A stretch of 64,000 bases of DNA from an uncultured Thermoleophilia bacterium (GCA_963702475.1 CAVPCT010000003.1:992001-1056000); one strand, 5' to 3'. Numbered from the stretch's first letter, positions 9,865-22,520 are shown. Made by a program: numbers and translations. The notes: generated by a model not told the origin, from the letters alone.

Positions 9865-10185
9865 TCAGACGAGCTCGAACTCGCGCTCGAAGTCGGCCTT
9901 GGAGCGAGCTCCGATGACCTTCTTGGCCGGCTCGCCGTCCTTGAAGAGGATGATCGTCGGGATGCTCATGATGCCGTACTTGCCGGCCGTGCCGGGGTTC
10001 TCGTCCACGTTGAGCTTGCCGATGGACACCTTCTCGCTGTGCTCCTCGGCGATCTGGTCGATGACGGGGCCCACCATGCGGCAGGGGCCGCACCACGGGG
10101 CCCAGAAGTCCACGATCATCGGCGTGGCCGAGTTCTTGACCTCGTCGTCGAACGTCGCGTCGGTCAGGGTCTTGACGTCGCTCAC
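9865..10185 (-). CDS. trxA: Thioredoxin
   Basis: DFWAPWCGPC, IMSIPT. Confidence 0.97.
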   Translation of the reverse strand: MSDVKTLTDATFDDEVKNSATPMIVDFWAPWCGPCRMVGPVIDQIAEEHSEKVSIGKLNVDENPGTAGKYGIMSIPTIILFKDGEPAKKVIGARSKADFEREFELV

Positions 10186-10240
10186 GTTGCGTCCTCCTTG
10201 CGCGGCGGGACGGCCCCGCCCTCGGTGTCGTGACTACAGA

Positions 10241-10633
10241 TCACAGGCTCTCGAGCACGCGGCCCAGCCGCGACTGCACCTCGTCCGCGATGGGAGCGAG
10301 CTGCTCATTGCCGACCATGCCGAGCATGGCGCCGGCGTTGACGGCGACCACGCGCGTGCCGCCGTCCACCTCGTAGACATCCACGTTGCACGGCAGGAGC
10401 ACGCCGAGATCGGGCTCGACCTCCATGGCCGCGTGCGCCAGCTTGGGGTTGCACGCGCCCAGGATGTTGTGCGGCCGTACGTCGACGCCGAGCTTCTCCT
10501 TCATCGTCTTCTTGACGTCGATCTCGGTGATCACGCCGAAGCCTTCGGCCTTGAGCGCCTCGACGACACGGGGGAGCGCGGTGTCGAACGGCTCGTGGAG
10601 CTCGCGGCCGATGCCGTACATGATCGAATCCAT
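10241..10633 (-). CDS. DUF302 domain protein
   Basis: GFGVITEIDV...ILGACNP...LLPCNV signature; GGAGG RBS. Confidence 0.88.
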   Translation of the reverse strand: MDSIMYGIGRELHEPFDTALPRVVEALKAEGFGVITEIDVKKTMKEKLGVDVRPHNILGACNPKLAHAAMEVEPDLGVLLPCNVDVYEVDGGTRVVAVNAGAMLGMVGNEQLAPIADEVQSRLGRVLESL

Positions 10634-10668
10634 GGCAAACCTCCAAAGGTGGACGGGGTCGCTGCCAT

Positions 10669-10684
10669 ATACCCGCCTGGGTAT
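10669..10684. promoter_or_regulatory. CsoR/CstR-family-like operator
   Basis: ATACCC-gcct-GGGTAT palindrome 36 nt upstream of the DUF302 start. Confidence 0.6.
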
Positions 10685-10861
10685 GTGTCCACTCGCACCG
10701 GCCGGCTCCGGGTGCAGGGCTATCCTGCCCGCCGCGCCCGCTCGTCAATCCCCACGGGCGCGGAGCATCTCACGCCCGTGCGGGGGTTTCGGGTATCATC
10801 TTCTCTTCACGGTCGGCGCCCGTAGCGCCGCCGGCGACCCCGTGCCCCCGGAGAGGATGAG

Positions 10862-12529
10862 GTGAGCGTGAGAAGCGACGAGATCAAGCGCGGCGTGGCG
10901 CGCGCGCCTCATCGCTCGCTGTTGCGGGCCCTGGGCGTGAGCGACGCCGAGATGGACAGGCCGTTCATCGGCATCGCCAACGCCTACAGTGAGGTCGTCC
11001 CCGGTCACATGCACCTGGGCGGCATCGTCGACGCCGTCAAGGCCGGCGTGCGCTCCGCCGGGGGCGTGCCCATGGAGTTCGGCGTCATGGGCATCTGCGA
11101 CGGCATCGCCATGAACCACCTGGGCATGCACTACTCGCTGCCGAGTCGCGAGCTCATCGCCGACACGGTCGAGTCCATGACCATCGCGCACGCCTTCGAC
11201 GCCATCGTGCTGGTGCCGTGCTGCGACAAGATCGTCCCGGGCATGCTCATGGCCGCGATGCGGCTCAACGTGCCGGCCATCATGGTCGGCGGCGGCCCTA
11301 TGCTGGCCGGGCGCCTGCGGGATCGCGCCCTGGACCTCAACAGCGTGTTCGAGGCCGTGGGCCAGCACCAGGCCGGCCTCATCGACGACGAGGCGCTCAA
11401 GGCGGTCGAGTGCGGCGCCTGCCCCACGTGCGGGTCGTGCTCAGGCATGTTCACGGCCAACTCCATGAACTGCCTGGCCGAGGTCACCGGCATGGCCCTG
11501 CCGGGCAACGGGACCATCCCCGCCCCTTACAGCGAGCGCATCCGCTTCGCCAAGGAGACCGGTGAGCAGGTCCTCAGCGTGCTCGAGAAGGACCTCAAGC
11601 CGCGCGACATCTTCACGGCGAAGGCGGTGGGCAACGCCCTGGCCGCCGACGCCAGCCTGGGCTGCAGCACCAACACGGTGCTGCACCTCGCCGCCATCGC
11701 CACCGAGGCGGGGCTCGAGTTCGACCTGGCGCAGATCAACGAGGTCGCGGCGAAGGTACCCCACATCTGCAAGATCGCCCCGGCCGGCACGCATCACATG
11801 GAGGACCTGTACTTCGCCGGCGGCATCCAGGCGGTCATGGACCGCCTCATCGGCGCCGGCCTCATGGACGGCTCGGCGCTCTCGGTCGCCGGCGGTACCG
11901 TGGGCGAGGCCGTCGCCGGCGCCCGCGTGCTGGACGACGAGGTGATCCGCCCACTCGACCGCCCGTGGCACGCGACCGGCGGCCTCGCCGTGCTCTTCGG
12001 CAACCTCGCGCCCAACGGCGCAGTGGTCAAAGAGGGCGCCGTCGCCGACGAGATGCTGCGGCACAGCGGGCCGGCGCGCGTGTTCGAGAGCGAGAAGGAG
12101 GCCGTGGCCGCCATCTCCGCACGCGACATCGCCGACGGGTCCGTCGTGGTGATCCGCGGTGAAGGCCCCAGGGGCGCCCCCGGCATGCCCGAGATGCTCA
12201 GTGCGACGTCCATGCTCGCCGGCCAGGGCCGGGACAAGGACGTCGCGCTCATCACCGATGGCCGCTTCAGCGGCGCCACGCGCGGCGCTGCCATCGGCCA
12301 CGTCTCTCCCGAGTCCTTCGCGGGCGGCGTGATCGGCCTCGTGAAGGACGGCGACACCATCAGCATCGACATCCCCGCTCGTTCCCTCACGCTCGACGTC
12401 TCCGAGGAGGAACTCGCGCGGCGCAGGGCGGCGCAGCCGCCCCCGAAGCCGCGCGACGGCGTAACCGGCTACCTCGCCCGTTACGTCAAACTCGTCTCCG
12501 GTGCGGAGAAGGGAGCAGTCCTGCAATGA
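10862..12529 (+). CDS. ilvD: Dihydroxy-acid dehydratase
   Basis: [33 protein letters not shown] motifs. Confidence 0.97.
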   Translation: MSVRSDEIKRGVARAPHRSLLRALGVSDAEMDRPFIGIANAYSEVVPGHMHLGGIVDAVKAGVRSAGGVPMEFGVMGICDGIAMNHLGMHYSLPSRELIADTVESMTIAHAFDAIVLVPCCDKIVPGMLMAAMRLNVPAIMVGGGPMLAGRLRDRALDLNSVFEAVGQHQAGLIDDEALKAVECGACPTCGSCSGMFTANSMNCLAEVTGMALPGNGTIPAPYSERIRFAKETGEQVLSVLEKDLKPRDIFTAKAVGNALAADASLGCSTNTVLHLAAIATEAGLEFDLAQINEVAAKVPHICKIAPAGTHHMEDLYFAGGIQAVMDRLIGAGLMDGSALSVAGGTVGEAVAGARVLDDEVIRPLDRPWHATGGLAVLFGNLAPNGAVVKEGAVADEMLRHSGPARVFESEKEAVAAISARDIADGSVVVIRGEGPRGAPGMPEMLSATSMLAGQGRDKDVALITDGRFSGATRGAAIGHVSPESFAGGVIGLVKDGDTISIDIPARSLTLDVSEEELARRRAAQPPPKPRDGVTGYLARYVKLVSGAEKGAVLQ

Positions 12530-14304
12530 CCCCAGACAGGAAGCTGAAGGGCTCCCGAGCCCTCGTCGCAGCGCTCGAGCACGAAGGCTGCGACGTGCTG
12601 TTCGGGTACCCCGGGGGCGTCGCCATCCCGTTCTACGACGCCCTGTACGACGCCGACCTGCGCCACGTGCTCGTGCGCCACGAGCAGGGCGCGGCGCACG
12701 CCGCGGACGGCTATGCGCGCGCCACCGGCAAGGTGGGCGTGTGCACCGCCACCAGCGGTCCCGGCGCCTCGAACCTCGTGACCGGCATCGCCACCGCCTA
12801 CCTCGACTCGTCGCCGCTCGTGGCCATCACCTGGCAGGTGCGCAGCGACCTCATCGGTACGGACGCCTTCCAGGAGGCCGACATCACCGGCATGACGCTG
12901 CCGATCGTGAAGCACTCCTACCTGGTCAAAGACGCCGCCGACCTGCCGCGCATCGTGCACGAGGCCTTCCACATCGCCTCCACGGGCCGTCCCGGGCCGG
13001 TGGTCATCGATATCCCGGTGGACGTGGCGCTCGCTGAGGCCGTGTACCACGAGGCCACGAGCATCGACCTGCCCGGGTACAAGCCCACGGTGACCGGGCA
13101 CATCAAGCAGATCCGTGCGGCCGCCAAGGTCATCAACGAGGCCGAGCGGCCGGTGCTGTACCTGGGCGGCGGGGTGATCGCCGCCGGCGCCGCCCCTGAG
13201 ATCTTCAGGCTCGCCGAGCTGCGCCGCCTGCCGGTGGCCACAACGCTCATGGCGCTCGGCGCCTTTCCGGAGACGCACGAGCTCTCTATGGGCATGCTCG
13301 GCATGCACGGCACGGTGACCGCCAACTATGCCGTGCACGAGTGCGACCTGCTCGTCAACATCGGGGCGCGCTTCGACGACCGCGTCACCGGCAAGCTCAA
13401 AGCCTTCGCGCCGCACGCCAAGGTCGTGCACGTGGACGTGGACCCGGCCGAGATCGGCAAGAACGTGGCGCCCATCGTGCCCATCGTCGGCAACGCCAAG
13501 ACCGTCACGGGGGCGCTGGTCAAGGAGCTCGAGGGCATGGAGTGGTCGCCCGAGCGCACCGCCCCGTGGCTGGCGCGCATCGCTGCGCGCAAGGACGAGT
13601 TCCCGCTGCACTACGAGGATCCATCGGACGGCACGCTGGCGCCGCAGTTCGTGATCCAGGAGATCGACCGCGTCACGGCGCACGACGCCGTCATCTGCAC
13701 CGACGTCGGCCAGCACCAGATGTGGGCCACGCAGTACTACACGTACACGTTCCCGCGACAGTTCATCAGCTCCGGCGGCCTCGGCACGATGGGCTTCGGC
13801 CTGCCGGCCAGCATCGGCGCGAAGATCGGCAGGCCCGACGCCACGGTCATCGACATCAGCGGCGACGGCGGCTTTCAGATGACCATGCAGGAACTGGCCA
13901 CCGCCATGAGCGACGACGTGCCGGTGATCGTCTGCATCCTCAACAACGGCTACCTGGGCATGGTCCGCCAGTGGCAGGACCTCTTCTGGAACAAGCGCTA
14001 CTCGTTCACCTGCATCGACGCGAGCGATTGTGTCGACTGCCCGATCGCGCCGTCGTGCGCGCGCCGGGGACGGCGGTCGCAGCCCGACTTCGTGAAGCTG
14101 GCGGAGGCCTTCGGCGCCGTCGGCATGCGCGTGACGGAGAAGGACCAGGTCGAGCCGGCGCTGCGCGAGGCCATCGCCGGCGAGCGGCTGACGGTCATCG
14201 ACTTCAAGGTCACGCCCGAGGAGAACGTGTTCCCCATGGTCCCTGCCGGGAGCGAGATCACCGAGATGATCGGCGGCACGGCGAGGAAACGGAGGAAGCC
14301 GTGA
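12526..14304 (+). CDS. ilvB: Acetolactate synthase large subunit
   Basis: [26 protein letters not shown], ThDP motif GDGGFQM...[12 protein letters not shown]. Confidence 0.97.
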   Translation: MTPDRKLKGSRALVAALEHEGCDVLFGYPGGVAIPFYDALYDADLRHVLVRHEQGAAHAADGYARATGKVGVCTATSGPGASNLVTGIATAYLDSSPLVAITWQVRSDLIGTDAFQEADITGMTLPIVKHSYLVKDAADLPRIVHEAFHIASTGRPGPVVIDIPVDVALAEAVYHEATSIDLPGYKPTVTGHIKQIRAAAKVINEAERPVLYLGGGVIAAGAAPEIFRLAELRRLPVATTLMALGAFPETHELSMGMLGMHGTVTANYAVHECDLLVNIGARFDDRVTGKLKAFAPHAKVVHVDVDPAEIGKNVAPIVPIVGNAKTVTGALVKELEGMEWSPERTAPWLARIAARKDEFPLHYEDPSDGTLAPQFVIQEIDRVTAHDAVICTDVGQHQMWATQYYTYTFPRQFISSGGLGTMGFGLPASIGAKIGRPDATVIDISGDGGFQMTMQELATAMSDDVPVIVCILNNGYLGMVRQWQDLFWNKRYSFTCIDASDCVDCPIAPSCARRGRRSQPDFVKLAEAFGAVGMRVTEKDQVEPALREAIAGERLTVIDFKVTPEENVFPMVPAGSEITEMIGGTARKRRKP

Positions 14305-14780
14305 AGCACACGCTCTCCATCCTCGTCGAGAACAAGCCCGGCGTGCTCACGCGGGTCGCCGGGCTGTTCGCGCGCCGCGGCTTCAACATCGAGAGCCTCG
14401 CCGTCGGCGTGAGCGAAGACCCGCGCCTGTCGCGCATCACGATCGTCATCGACGGCGACGAGCACCCCGTGGACCAGGTCACCAAGCAGCTGCACAAGCT
14501 GATCAACGTGGTCAAGATCAGAGACCTCGAGCCGGACAGATCGGTGTCCGCCGAGCTCCTGCTGGTGCGCGTGGCCGGCGAGGGTGACAAGCGCGCCGAG
14601 GCGCTGCAGATCGCGGAGATCTTCAAGGCCAAGATCGTCGACGTGGACCGCAAGTCGCTCACGCTGCGCGTCGTCGGCGCCGCCGACAAGCTCGAGGCGC
14701 TGCTGGAGCTGCTCCAGCCGCTCGGCGTGCTCGAGGTGGTGCGCACCGGCACCATCGCCATGGGCCGCGGCAGGGCCTGA
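14301..14780 (+). CDS. ilvN: Acetolactate synthase small (regulatory) subunit
   Basis: HTLSILVENKPGVLTRVAGLFARRGFNIESL; GTG overlaps the ilvB stop. Confidence 0.96.
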   Translation: MKHTLSILVENKPGVLTRVAGLFARRGFNIESLAVGVSEDPRLSRITIVIDGDEHPVDQVTKQLHKLINVVKIRDLEPDRSVSAELLLVRVAGEGDKRAEALQIAEIFKAKIVDVDRKSLTLRVVGAADKLEALLELLQPLGVLEVVRTGTIAMGRGRA

Positions 14781-14818
14781 GGCGCCGGGCGCCGAGGACC
14801 AACGGCACGCGGCCGCCG

Positions 14819-14977
14819 ATGGACGTCCCGACCCTCCTGACGCACGTGGAGGGTCCGGACGACGCGGCGGCCGCGCGCCTGCTCATCGACAGCCTCCATC
14901 CCGGGTCGACAGACGACGTGGAGGTCGGCGAGCCGCTGTGCGCCGGTCTCGCCGTGCGGATCGCGGCCGTGCTCTGA
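14819..14977 (+). CDS. Possible small hypothetical protein (52 aa)
   Basis: ATG-TGA ORF (MDVPTLLTHVEGPDDAAAARLLIDSLHPG...) fills the gap before the TDT gene; GC3-rich. Confidence 0.3.
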   Translation: MDVPTLLTHVEGPDDAAAARLLIDSLHPGSTDDVEVGEPLCAGLAVRIAAVL

Positions 14978-14987
14978 AGGGAGGACC

Positions 14988-16014
14988 ATGGAACCACGAC
15001 TGCGCTTTCTGCCCATCTCCGTGTTCTCGATCGTCCTCGGTCTCTCCGGCTACAGCATCGCCACGCAGCGCATCTTCAGTGGTCACGGTTGGGGCGAGGG
15101 CGTTCCCGCGGTCGCGCTCTACGCGACCACAGGCGTCTACCTCCTGCTGCTCGTGCTGTACGCGGTGAAGACGGTGCGCTACGGCGACGCCGTCAAGGCC
15201 GAGTTCCGCCACCCCGTGATGATCAGCTTCTTCCCGGCGCTCTCGATCTCGCTGCTGCCTGCTGGCGATCGGGTATGCCGAGGTCTCCGAGACGCTGTCG
15301 CTCGTGCTCTGGTCGGTGGGGGCGGCGGCGAACCTGGTCTTCACCCTGGTGGTGCTCTCCATCTGGATTCGGCACACGTACTTCGAGATAGCGCACTTCA
15401 GTCCGGCGTGGTTCATCCCCGTGGTGGGCAACCTGATCGTCCCTGTGGTAGGCGTACAGCACGCACCCGCCGACATCTCGTGGCTGTTCTTCGCGGTGGG
15501 CCTGGTGTTCGCCGTGGTGCTGCTGGTCGTCTTCTTCTACCGCATGGTCTTCCACCAGCCGCTGCACGACCGGCACCTGCCGACGCTCTTCATCCTGATC
15601 GCCCCGCCGGCCGTGGCCGCCGTCGCGTACGTCAAGCTGACGGGGTCGTATGATCCGTTCGCCCGCATCCTGTACTACCTCGCCGTGTTCTTCGCCGTGT
15701 TCCTGGTCGTCCACGTGAGGATGTTCGCGCGCATCCGTTTCTACCTGTCGTGGTGGGCCTACACCTTCCCGCTGGCGGCGCTCACCATGGCCACGTTCCT
15801 CGTGGGCAAGGAGACGTCCTCGGCGTTCTACCGCGACGCCGCGACCGTGCTGTGGGCCGGTCTGAGCGTGCTCGTCGCCGGCCTGCTGGTGCGTACCCTG
15901 GTCGCGGTGGGGCGGCGCGAGATCTGCGTGCCCGACGCCGCCGCCCAGGGCCAGGCCTCCGCAGCCGAGGAGCCGGCGGCCGTGGAGGAGCCGGCGGTGG
16001 GTTCCGAAGCGTGA
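14988..16014 (+). CDS. TDT/SLAC1 (TehA-like) anion channel, frameshift near 15258
   Basis: LPISVFSIVLGL, EFRHPV, SPAWFIPVVGN, PTLFILIAPP, FYLSWWAYTFP split across two frames. Confidence 0.88.
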
Positions 16015-16143
16015 GCGTCTCTCCGCGGGCGGAGGAGCTTGCGTTCCTGACCGACAACGCCAGGAGCGCCGAGAGCCGCGGCGGTCGCGATGCCGTAGAC
16101 TGGCCGGCACAGCACAGGCGCGCGTCTCGAGAGGTGACATCAG

Positions 16144-17373
16144 ATGAGTGAGCAGGCGGAACGGCGGTCGGCGAGGCGGCAGCAGCTGCCCGACGAGAAC
16201 GGGTTCTTCGGGGCGTACGGCGGGCAGTACCTGCCGCCCCAACTGGAGGCGCCCTTCGCGGAGATCACGAAGGCCTATCACGAGATCGAGAACGACGCCG
16301 CCTTCATCGCCGAGTTGCGGTACCTGCGCAAGCACTTCCAGGGGCGTCCCACGCCGGTGTACCACGCGCGCACGCTGTCGCTGGACAACGGCGGCGCGCA
16401 GATCTACCTGAAGCGCGAGGACCTCAACCACACCGGCGCCCACAAACTGAACCACTGCATGGGCGAGGGCCTGCTCGCCAAGTACATGGGCAAGAAGAAG
16501 CTCATCGCCGAGACGGGCGCAGGGCAGCACGGCGTCGCCCTGGCCACCGCGGCCGCGCACTTCGGCCTGGAGTGCGAGATCCACATGGGCGAGGTGGACA
16601 TCGAGAAGCAGGCCCCCAACGTGAGTCGCATGAGGCTGCTCGGCGCGACGGTCGTGCCGGTGAGCCACGGCCTCAAGACGCTCAAGGAGGCCGTGGACTC
16701 CGCCTTCGAGGCCTACCTGGCCGACTACGAGAACTCGATCTACTGCATCGGCTCGGTGGTGGGTCCGCACCCGTTCCCGCTCATGGTGCGCGACTTCCAG
16801 AAGGTGGTGGGCATCGAGGCGCGCGAGCAGTTCCTGGAGACGACCGGCAATCTGCCGGATGTGGTCGAGGCCTGCGTGGGCGGCGGGTCCAACGCCATCG
16901 GCATCTTCCACGGGTTCCTGGGCGACCCGGTCGACCTCATCGGGGTCGAGCCGCTGGGGCGCGGCGAGGCCGTGGGCGACCACGCCGCGACCATGACGTA
17001 CGGCACCGAAGGAGTGATCCACGGCTTCCGCTGCTACCTGCTGCAGGACGAGGACGGCGCGCCGGCTCCGGTGTACTCCTGTGCGAGCGGGCTGGACTAC
17101 CCGGGGGTGGGGCCCGAGCACAGCTACCTGAAAGACTCGGGCCGGGTGCGGTACGTCACCTGCACCGACGACGCCTGCCGGGACGCGTTCTTCCTGCTCA
17201 GCCGCAAGGAGGGCATCATCCCTGCCTTGGAGAGCGCGCACGCCGTGGCGCATGCGCTCGTCACGGCGCGCGAGATGGGGACCGGGACCATCCTCGTGAA
17301 CCTCAGCGGCCGCGGCGACAAGGATATGGACTACGTCATCGAGCACTGGGGCACGGGCGAGCGCGGCGCCTGA
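16144..17373 (+). CDS. trpB: Tryptophan synthase beta subunit
   Basis: [47 protein letters not shown]. Confidence 0.96.
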   Translation: MSEQAERRSARRQQLPDENGFFGAYGGQYLPPQLEAPFAEITKAYHEIENDAAFIAELRYLRKHFQGRPTPVYHARTLSLDNGGAQIYLKREDLNHTGAHKLNHCMGEGLLAKYMGKKKLIAETGAGQHGVALATAAAHFGLECEIHMGEVDIEKQAPNVSRMRLLGATVVPVSHGLKTLKEAVDSAFEAYLADYENSIYCIGSVVGPHPFPLMVRDFQKVVGIEAREQFLETTGNLPDVVEACVGGGSNAIGIFHGFLGDPVDLIGVEPLGRGEAVGDHAATMTYGTEGVIHGFRCYLLQDEDGAPAPVYSCASGLDYPGVGPEHSYLKDSGRVRYVTCTDDACRDAFFLLSRKEGIIPALESAHAVAHALVTAREMGTGTILVNLSGRGDKDMDYVIEHWGTGERGA

Positions 17374-17412
17374 GCAGCGTTCCGGCGCCGCCTGAGCGAA
17401 AGCGAAGGGGTC

Positions 17413-18564
17413 ATGGATGACGGTGGCTCGACGATCGCAGGCCGGAGCGCGGGCGACTGGCTTCTCGACCTGCGGGACCCGCTCGCGGCCGAGAAGCGGA
17501 CGCGGGCGGCGGCTGCACTCGCGTGTGGCGGCGCGGCCGAAGCCAGGGGCGTTCTCCGTGGAGCGAGCTCGGCCGAAGACCGAGCCGTCTCCCTTGGCCG
17601 CCAGACCGTCCTCGTCGCGCTCGGTGAGGCTGCGGTAGGGCCGCTCACCGAGGGCCTCAGTGATGACTTCGCTTCGAGCGCGTTCCTGGTCGCGACGCTC
17701 GCCGCGATCGGGGACCCCGCCGCCCCGGCGCTGCGCGCGATCGTGGAGGATCGCGCGTCACCGGGGCTCGCCAGGGTCCGTGCGCTGCGGGCTCTCGCGG
17801 CCATGCGTCCCCTCTCCGCGGGCGTCGGCGACCTGCTCGTGCGGGTGCTCTACGACCCGGCGGAGTGGCCCCTGATGCGGCAGACGGCCGCCTCAGCCAT
17901 CGCCTCATGGGCGCCTGAGTGGGTCGAGGCCGATCCCGTGGGAGCCGTCGTTCTCGCCTCGTGCGTCTCGCCGAGCGAGGAGATCGACCGGCACGTCGCG
18001 GCGCGCCGGGAAGCCGGGGAGGCGGCCGCCGCCGCTGGGGAGCTGAAGGCCACGGCGCCGGCGGCGAGCGTGCCGGAGCCACCCCCAGGCCCTGTCCGCG
18101 AGGGAGACCCGGTTTCCTCGCCGCGCCCTCCGGGGTGGTACGCGCTCCTCGAAGAGCGAGGCGCGCAGTTCCGGCTCGCCTACTTCGACGGCGAGCGCTG
18201 GACCGGGGATGCGGCGGCGCGGGGCCTGAGCGACGCGGCTGTGACCCGGCTCGCGCGGCACGAGGACGTGCTCTCCCGGCTCGGCCCGGCGCTCATGGAG
18301 GTCTTGCGCGACCTCGAGTGTCTCGCCGCCATCGAGCACGACAACGACGCCGCGGAGGCGGCCGGGTACCGGCTGGTGGAGTCGCGCCGGACGCCCGGCC
18401 GCCAGGCGGCCCAGCGTGTTCGGGATCTCGGCGCGCGGCTGCGCGCCGAGATGGGAGAGCGGGGGTCGGACGGACTCGCCGAGGTGCTCGCGGCTCTTTG
18501 TCCGGCCGCGCAGGCCACGTCGGCCCGGGAACTGCTGCGCGGCGGCGCGTGGTTCCTTGAGTGA
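17413..18564 (+). CDS. Hypothetical protein, HEAT-like repeats plus DUF2510-like motif
   Basis: Ala/Leu helical repeats (LAAIGDPAAPAL); PPGWY...YFDGERWT motif. Confidence 0.5.
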   Translation: MDDGGSTIAGRSAGDWLLDLRDPLAAEKRTRAAAALACGGAAEARGVLRGASSAEDRAVSLGRQTVLVALGEAAVGPLTEGLSDDFASSAFLVATLAAIGDPAAPALRAIVEDRASPGLARVRALRALAAMRPLSAGVGDLLVRVLYDPAEWPLMRQTAASAIASWAPEWVEADPVGAVVLASCVSPSEEIDRHVAARREAGEAAAAAGELKATAPAASVPEPPPGPVREGDPVSSPRPPGWYALLEERGAQFRLAYFDGERWTGDAAARGLSDAAVTRLARHEDVLSRLGPALMEVLRDLECLAAIEHDNDAAEAAGYRLVESRRTPGRQAAQRVRDLGARLRAEMGERGSDGLAEVLAALCPAAQATSARELLRGGAWFLE

Positions 18565-19701
18565 GACTGACGGCGCGGGCGGGGCCGTCCGTCGCGAGGC
18601 CGAGATCGTCGGGCGCCGGCTGCGCGCGCAGCGCCTGACCGGCGCCGGCTTCGCCACAGCCGAGGAGGCGGTCGGGAGCCTGCTTGCGGTCCAGGCGCAG
18701 GACTACGGACCCGCGAAGTGGTCGGTCGGCATGCGCACCGCGGGCGCGACGGACGAGCTGGTGGAGCAGGCGTTCGCGAGGGGAGCTCTCCTGCGGACCC
18801 ACGTGCTGCGGCCGACGTGGCACTTCGTGCTGCCGGCCGACATCCGCTGGCTCCTGACGGCGACCGCCCCTCGCATCAGAGCGCGCGACGCGGGGCGGTG
18901 CCGGCAGCTCGGCCTCGACGAGGAGACGTTCGCCCGCAGCGCCCGTCTGCTGGCCGGGGCGCTACGCGGCGGCGAGGCGCTGACCCGTGCCGAGGCCGCG
19001 TCGTCCCTGAAGCGCGGCGGGGTCGACGTCGCAGGCCAGCGCCTGCCGTATCTGCTCATGCACGCAGAGCTCGACGCGCTCATCTGCAGCGGCCCTCGTC
19101 GCGGACCGCAACACACGTACGTGCTGTTCGACGAGCGGGCGCCGGATGCCGTCGACCTGCCGCGTGAGGAGGCTCTGGCCCGCCTGGCCCTTCGGTACTT
19201 CCGCGGTCACGGGCCGGCCACCGAGCGTGACCTGGCCGCGTGGGCGAGCCTGACGCGCGCCGAGGTGCGCCGCGCCCTGGAGGCCGCCGCCGGCGGACTG
19301 GTGCACGAGGAGGTGGGCGGCGCGGTCTACTGGTCGGGCGCCGAGCCGGTGCCGGCCGGCGATGGGACGGCGGACCCCGAAGTGCGCCTGATCCACACGT
19401 ACGACGAGTACATGATGGGGTTCGCGGAATCGCGGCGCCTGCTCACAGCGTCAGGGGAGGGACTGCCCGAGCGGTGGACGCCGCTGGTCCTGCTGAACGG
19501 GCGTGAGGCCGGCTCGTGGCGGCGCACCATCGCCCGCGACGTCCTCGTCGACGTCGTGCTGCGGCGTCCCTTCGACGTGGCGGAGGTCGCGGCGCTGGAG
19601 GCGGAGGTGGCCCGGTTCGGGGGGTTCCTCGGGCTCCCGCCCGCCTGCGCGTGGGATCCGGCGGAACGGACGAGACGGCGGACTGCCGGGGTGGCGAGTG
19701 A
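18557..19701 (+). CDS. AlkZ-like (HTH_42) DNA glycosylase, frameshift near 19638
   Basis: LAVQAQD, LRTHVLRPTWHFV, RYFRGHGPATERDLAAW, YDEY; the shifted tail ends at a TGA overlapping the next GTG. Confidence 0.85.
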
Positions 19702-20144
19702 ACCGCGTCCGCCTGCTCGCCGCGGTCGCTCCGGTGCTGCTCGTCGCGCTCGCGGCCTGCGGCGCCGCGGGTGGCGGCGCGGGTGGCGGCGCCGTCGGCA
19801 GCCCGACCGACGGCGACGCCGCGCTCGCGCGGGCCTTCGACGCTCAGGCGAGCGACCTCGAGGTCGAGGGCCGGGGTACGGTGGTCCGGCTCCTCGCGGA
19901 CGACGACGAGGGCGCCCGGCACCAGCGCTTCATCCTGCGCCTGGACTCCGGGCAGACGCTGCTGGTCGCGCACAATACCGACGTCGCCCCACGCGTCGAG
20001 GGACTCGCCGTGGGCGACGTGGTCGCGTTCCGCGGGGTGTACGAGTGGAGCGCCGAGGGCGGGACCGTTCACTGGACGCACCACGATCCCGGCGGCGTGC
20101 ACGCCGCCGGCTGGCTGCGCCGCGACGGCCGCGTGTACGAGTGA
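19698..20144 (+). CDS. DUF3465 lipoprotein
   Basis: Lipobox LAAC; RHQRFIL...LLVAHN...VHWTHHDP. Confidence 0.85.
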   Translation: MNRVRLLAAVAPVLLVALAACGAAGGGAGGGAVGSPTDGDAALARAFDAQASDLEVEGRGTVVRLLADDDEGARHQRFILRLDSGQTLLVAHNTDVAPRVEGLAVGDVVAFRGVYEWSAEGGTVHWTHHDPGGVHAAGWLRRDGRVYE

Positions 20145-20203
20145 GGGTCGCCGGCGCTTGGTGACGCCGCGGCCCACGCTGCGCCGCTCGCGCCGCCCGG
20201 CGG

Positions 20204-20977
20204 TCAGCCGTCGCGCGCGCCGAGGGCCGCGGCCGCACCGTCGCGCAGGTACTGCGCCAGACCCGGCCGCACGCCGTCGAACGTCGCCGCGAAGCGCGGG
20301 TCGGCGACGTACATCTCGCCGAGCGCGGCGTGCATCTCGCGCGAGCAGGGGTAGAACCAGCGGTCGATGAGCTGCCGGTGGCGCTCGACCGCCGCAAGCG
20401 CGCGCGGCTCGCCGGGCTGGACGTGCTCGTCCATCAGTGCGGCCAGGGCCGCGCTGACCTCATCGCTCTCCTGCTTGAAGCGGACCCGATCATCCGGTGG
20501 GTAGGCCTTCGTCCGCCGCCGCGACTCCCGGTACGCGTCGGTATTGCCCCAGCGCCTCCGGGTCTCGTCCTCGTAGGCCGCGGGGTCGAAGTCACCGAAG
20601 ACCTCGAACATCTCACGCTGCTCCATGTCGTGTTCCTTGCTTCAGCCTCGCGAGCGTCTCGTCGACGAGGGCGATCATCGCCGCCAGCCTGGCGGCGCGC
20701 GATCAGCAGGTCCCGCTGTCGCGCCAGCATTCCCGCGCGGTCGAGGCCGGGCTTCGCCAGGTCCTCGGCGATCTCGCGCAGCCCGAGGCCCGTCTCGCGG
20801 TAGAGCAGGATCTGCTGCAGGCGCTCCAGGTCGTTCCGCGAGTAGTGGCGATACCCCGCCTCGCTCCGTGAAGACGGCACTCAGAAGACCGATGCGGTCG
20901 TGGTGATGCAGCGTGCGCACGCTGACGTGCGCCAGTCTGGCCACCTCACCCACGCTGAACCCCGTCTCGTCGTCCAT
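20204..20977 (-). CDS. TipA-like MerR-family regulator (MerR HTH plus TipAS), several frameshifts
   Basis: SVGEVARLAHVSVRTLHH; RSEAGYRHY...LQQILLYRE; FEVFGDFDP...RWGNTDAY...FYPCS...YVADPRF, in three frames. Confidence 0.85.
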
Positions 20978-20983
20978 GACGGG

Positions 20984-21014
20984 AGGGTAGACCCTGACGC
21001 ACTGTGAGGGGCAA
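20984..21014 (-). promoter_or_regulatory. MerR-type promoter/operator with 19-bp spacer (tipA-like)
   Basis: Minus strand TTGCCC-19 nt-TACCCT containing the dyad CCTCAC-N5-GTCAGG; ATG 6 nt after the -10. Confidence 0.7.
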
Positions 21015-21100
21015 GTGCGGTTGCGAGACGACCGGCGCAACGAGGGCGAGCGGGCTGCGGTAGACTCGCCGTCAGGAAAGCGGACGACGGAGGGCTCACC

Positions 21101-22310
<1,210 letters not shown>

Positions 22311-22520
22311 CACGCGCGGGCGGCGACCGTCCGCTGCACGGACGGCGCGCCGCCGACCGGCCTCGTCACGAGGGGATCCGGCCTTGAGCGCACGGCACTT
22401 GAACTCCACGGGCAAGGTCGTACCATGTCAACCAGGACATGGACGGGCGGGCGAGGGGTCCTGCCACGTGGCGGCGCCGGCCGCCGGGGAGGTGCCACCA
22501 TGATGGGGCTTCGGGGGGCG

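Noticed and set aside
22400-22520. Riboswitch upstream of the subtilase
   Set aside because: No recognisable c-di-GMP, SAM or T-box motifs; only a promoter-like TTGAAC...TACCAT
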